NCBI GenBank assembly: GCA_951406725.2 | Contig: OX597821.1 | Location: 60,264,001-60,328,000 of the forward strand | From: Octopus vulgaris | Taxonomy: Eukaryota | DNA: 64,000 bases | Reading direction: 5' to 3' | Part shown: piece after piece, positions 63,401 to 64,000 of the stretch | How positions within the stretch are numbered: position 1 is the stretch's first letter | Layout: each line of letters begins with the position of its first letter | Notes under the pieces: model-generated | Database searches by the model: none | The model's input: only the letters and a program-made list of their open reading frames with translations | Told to the model about the DNA's origin: nothing | Position numbers and translations under genes: made by a program

Positions 63401-64000
63401 TTTGCATATACTCTTACCAATAACTATTTCTGTGTGTATCTGCCAAATACAGTCTGTTAGCCTGTCTGTGATCCCACAAGATAGACTTCTGCACTGTTTC
63501 CACTTAAAAAATTTCACTCAATGCATATACTGAAGAGGCTGTGTTGGAACTGAACCTGGAACCATGTGGTTGCATGCACAAGTCATGCTTGCACCATCCA
63601 TTGTTGTTATTTCCTCTCTCTTCTTTAAAAGAAATTTTTTTTTTATTTTGTCAGAGAAAGGATAGCACTTCATAATCTTCATAGACCTCTTAGAGTTTTT
63701 TTTAGCAGTATGTCACAGCTACATTACACAAAGTGTCTTTTCTTCACCTTAGATAGTATCATGTAATTTGACGGAGATTTGGCTACTATTTCTTGCAAAT
63801 CAAGTGATAATGTAAAGGTTCCTTTGTTGGTTCTGGCTTTCTGTATCATCTGTGGAAAATTTGATGAAGCCAAAGTGAAATTAGTCCGTTATACATTGTC
63901 ATTATCACCATTTTATTTCTGGTTTCCATACTGGTATGGGTTGGAAATCACAGCTCACTTGAATTTTCCATTTTTGGTATGGATTCTAAAGCTGGATGCA

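Overview
AT-rich eukaryotic DNA, very dense in microsatellites and retroposons. The SINE families and (TA)n/(CA)n/(GAT)n density suggest an octopus genome (inference from recalled family sequences; no search was run). I found no intact, recognisable host protein-coding gene, and almost all tracked ORFs are microsatellite or SINE artefacts. The window holds dozens of tRNA-derived SINEs in at least three families, RTE, CR1 and R4/Dong LINE fragments, a nearly full-length but disrupted hAT transposase, TIR-bounded Tc1/mariner, piggyBac and hAT-Charlie derivatives, a Helitron and a Helentron-type element. Several CpG-retaining stretches look like promoters. The most interesting signals are: (1) type-I hammerhead ribozyme motifs in small non-coding, Penelope-like inserts within (TA)n tracts, namely two co-oriented motifs at 35750-36260 and a mirror-image pair inside a ~330-bp palindrome at 59958-60289; (2) an inverted duplication 19 kb apart (about 19440-20150 vs 39120-39680) whose ~210-bp CCAAT-containing core is far better conserved than its flanks; (3) two retroelements sitting in (TAA)n arrays. 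Coordinates of degraded repeats are approximate, and identity values are estimates by eye.
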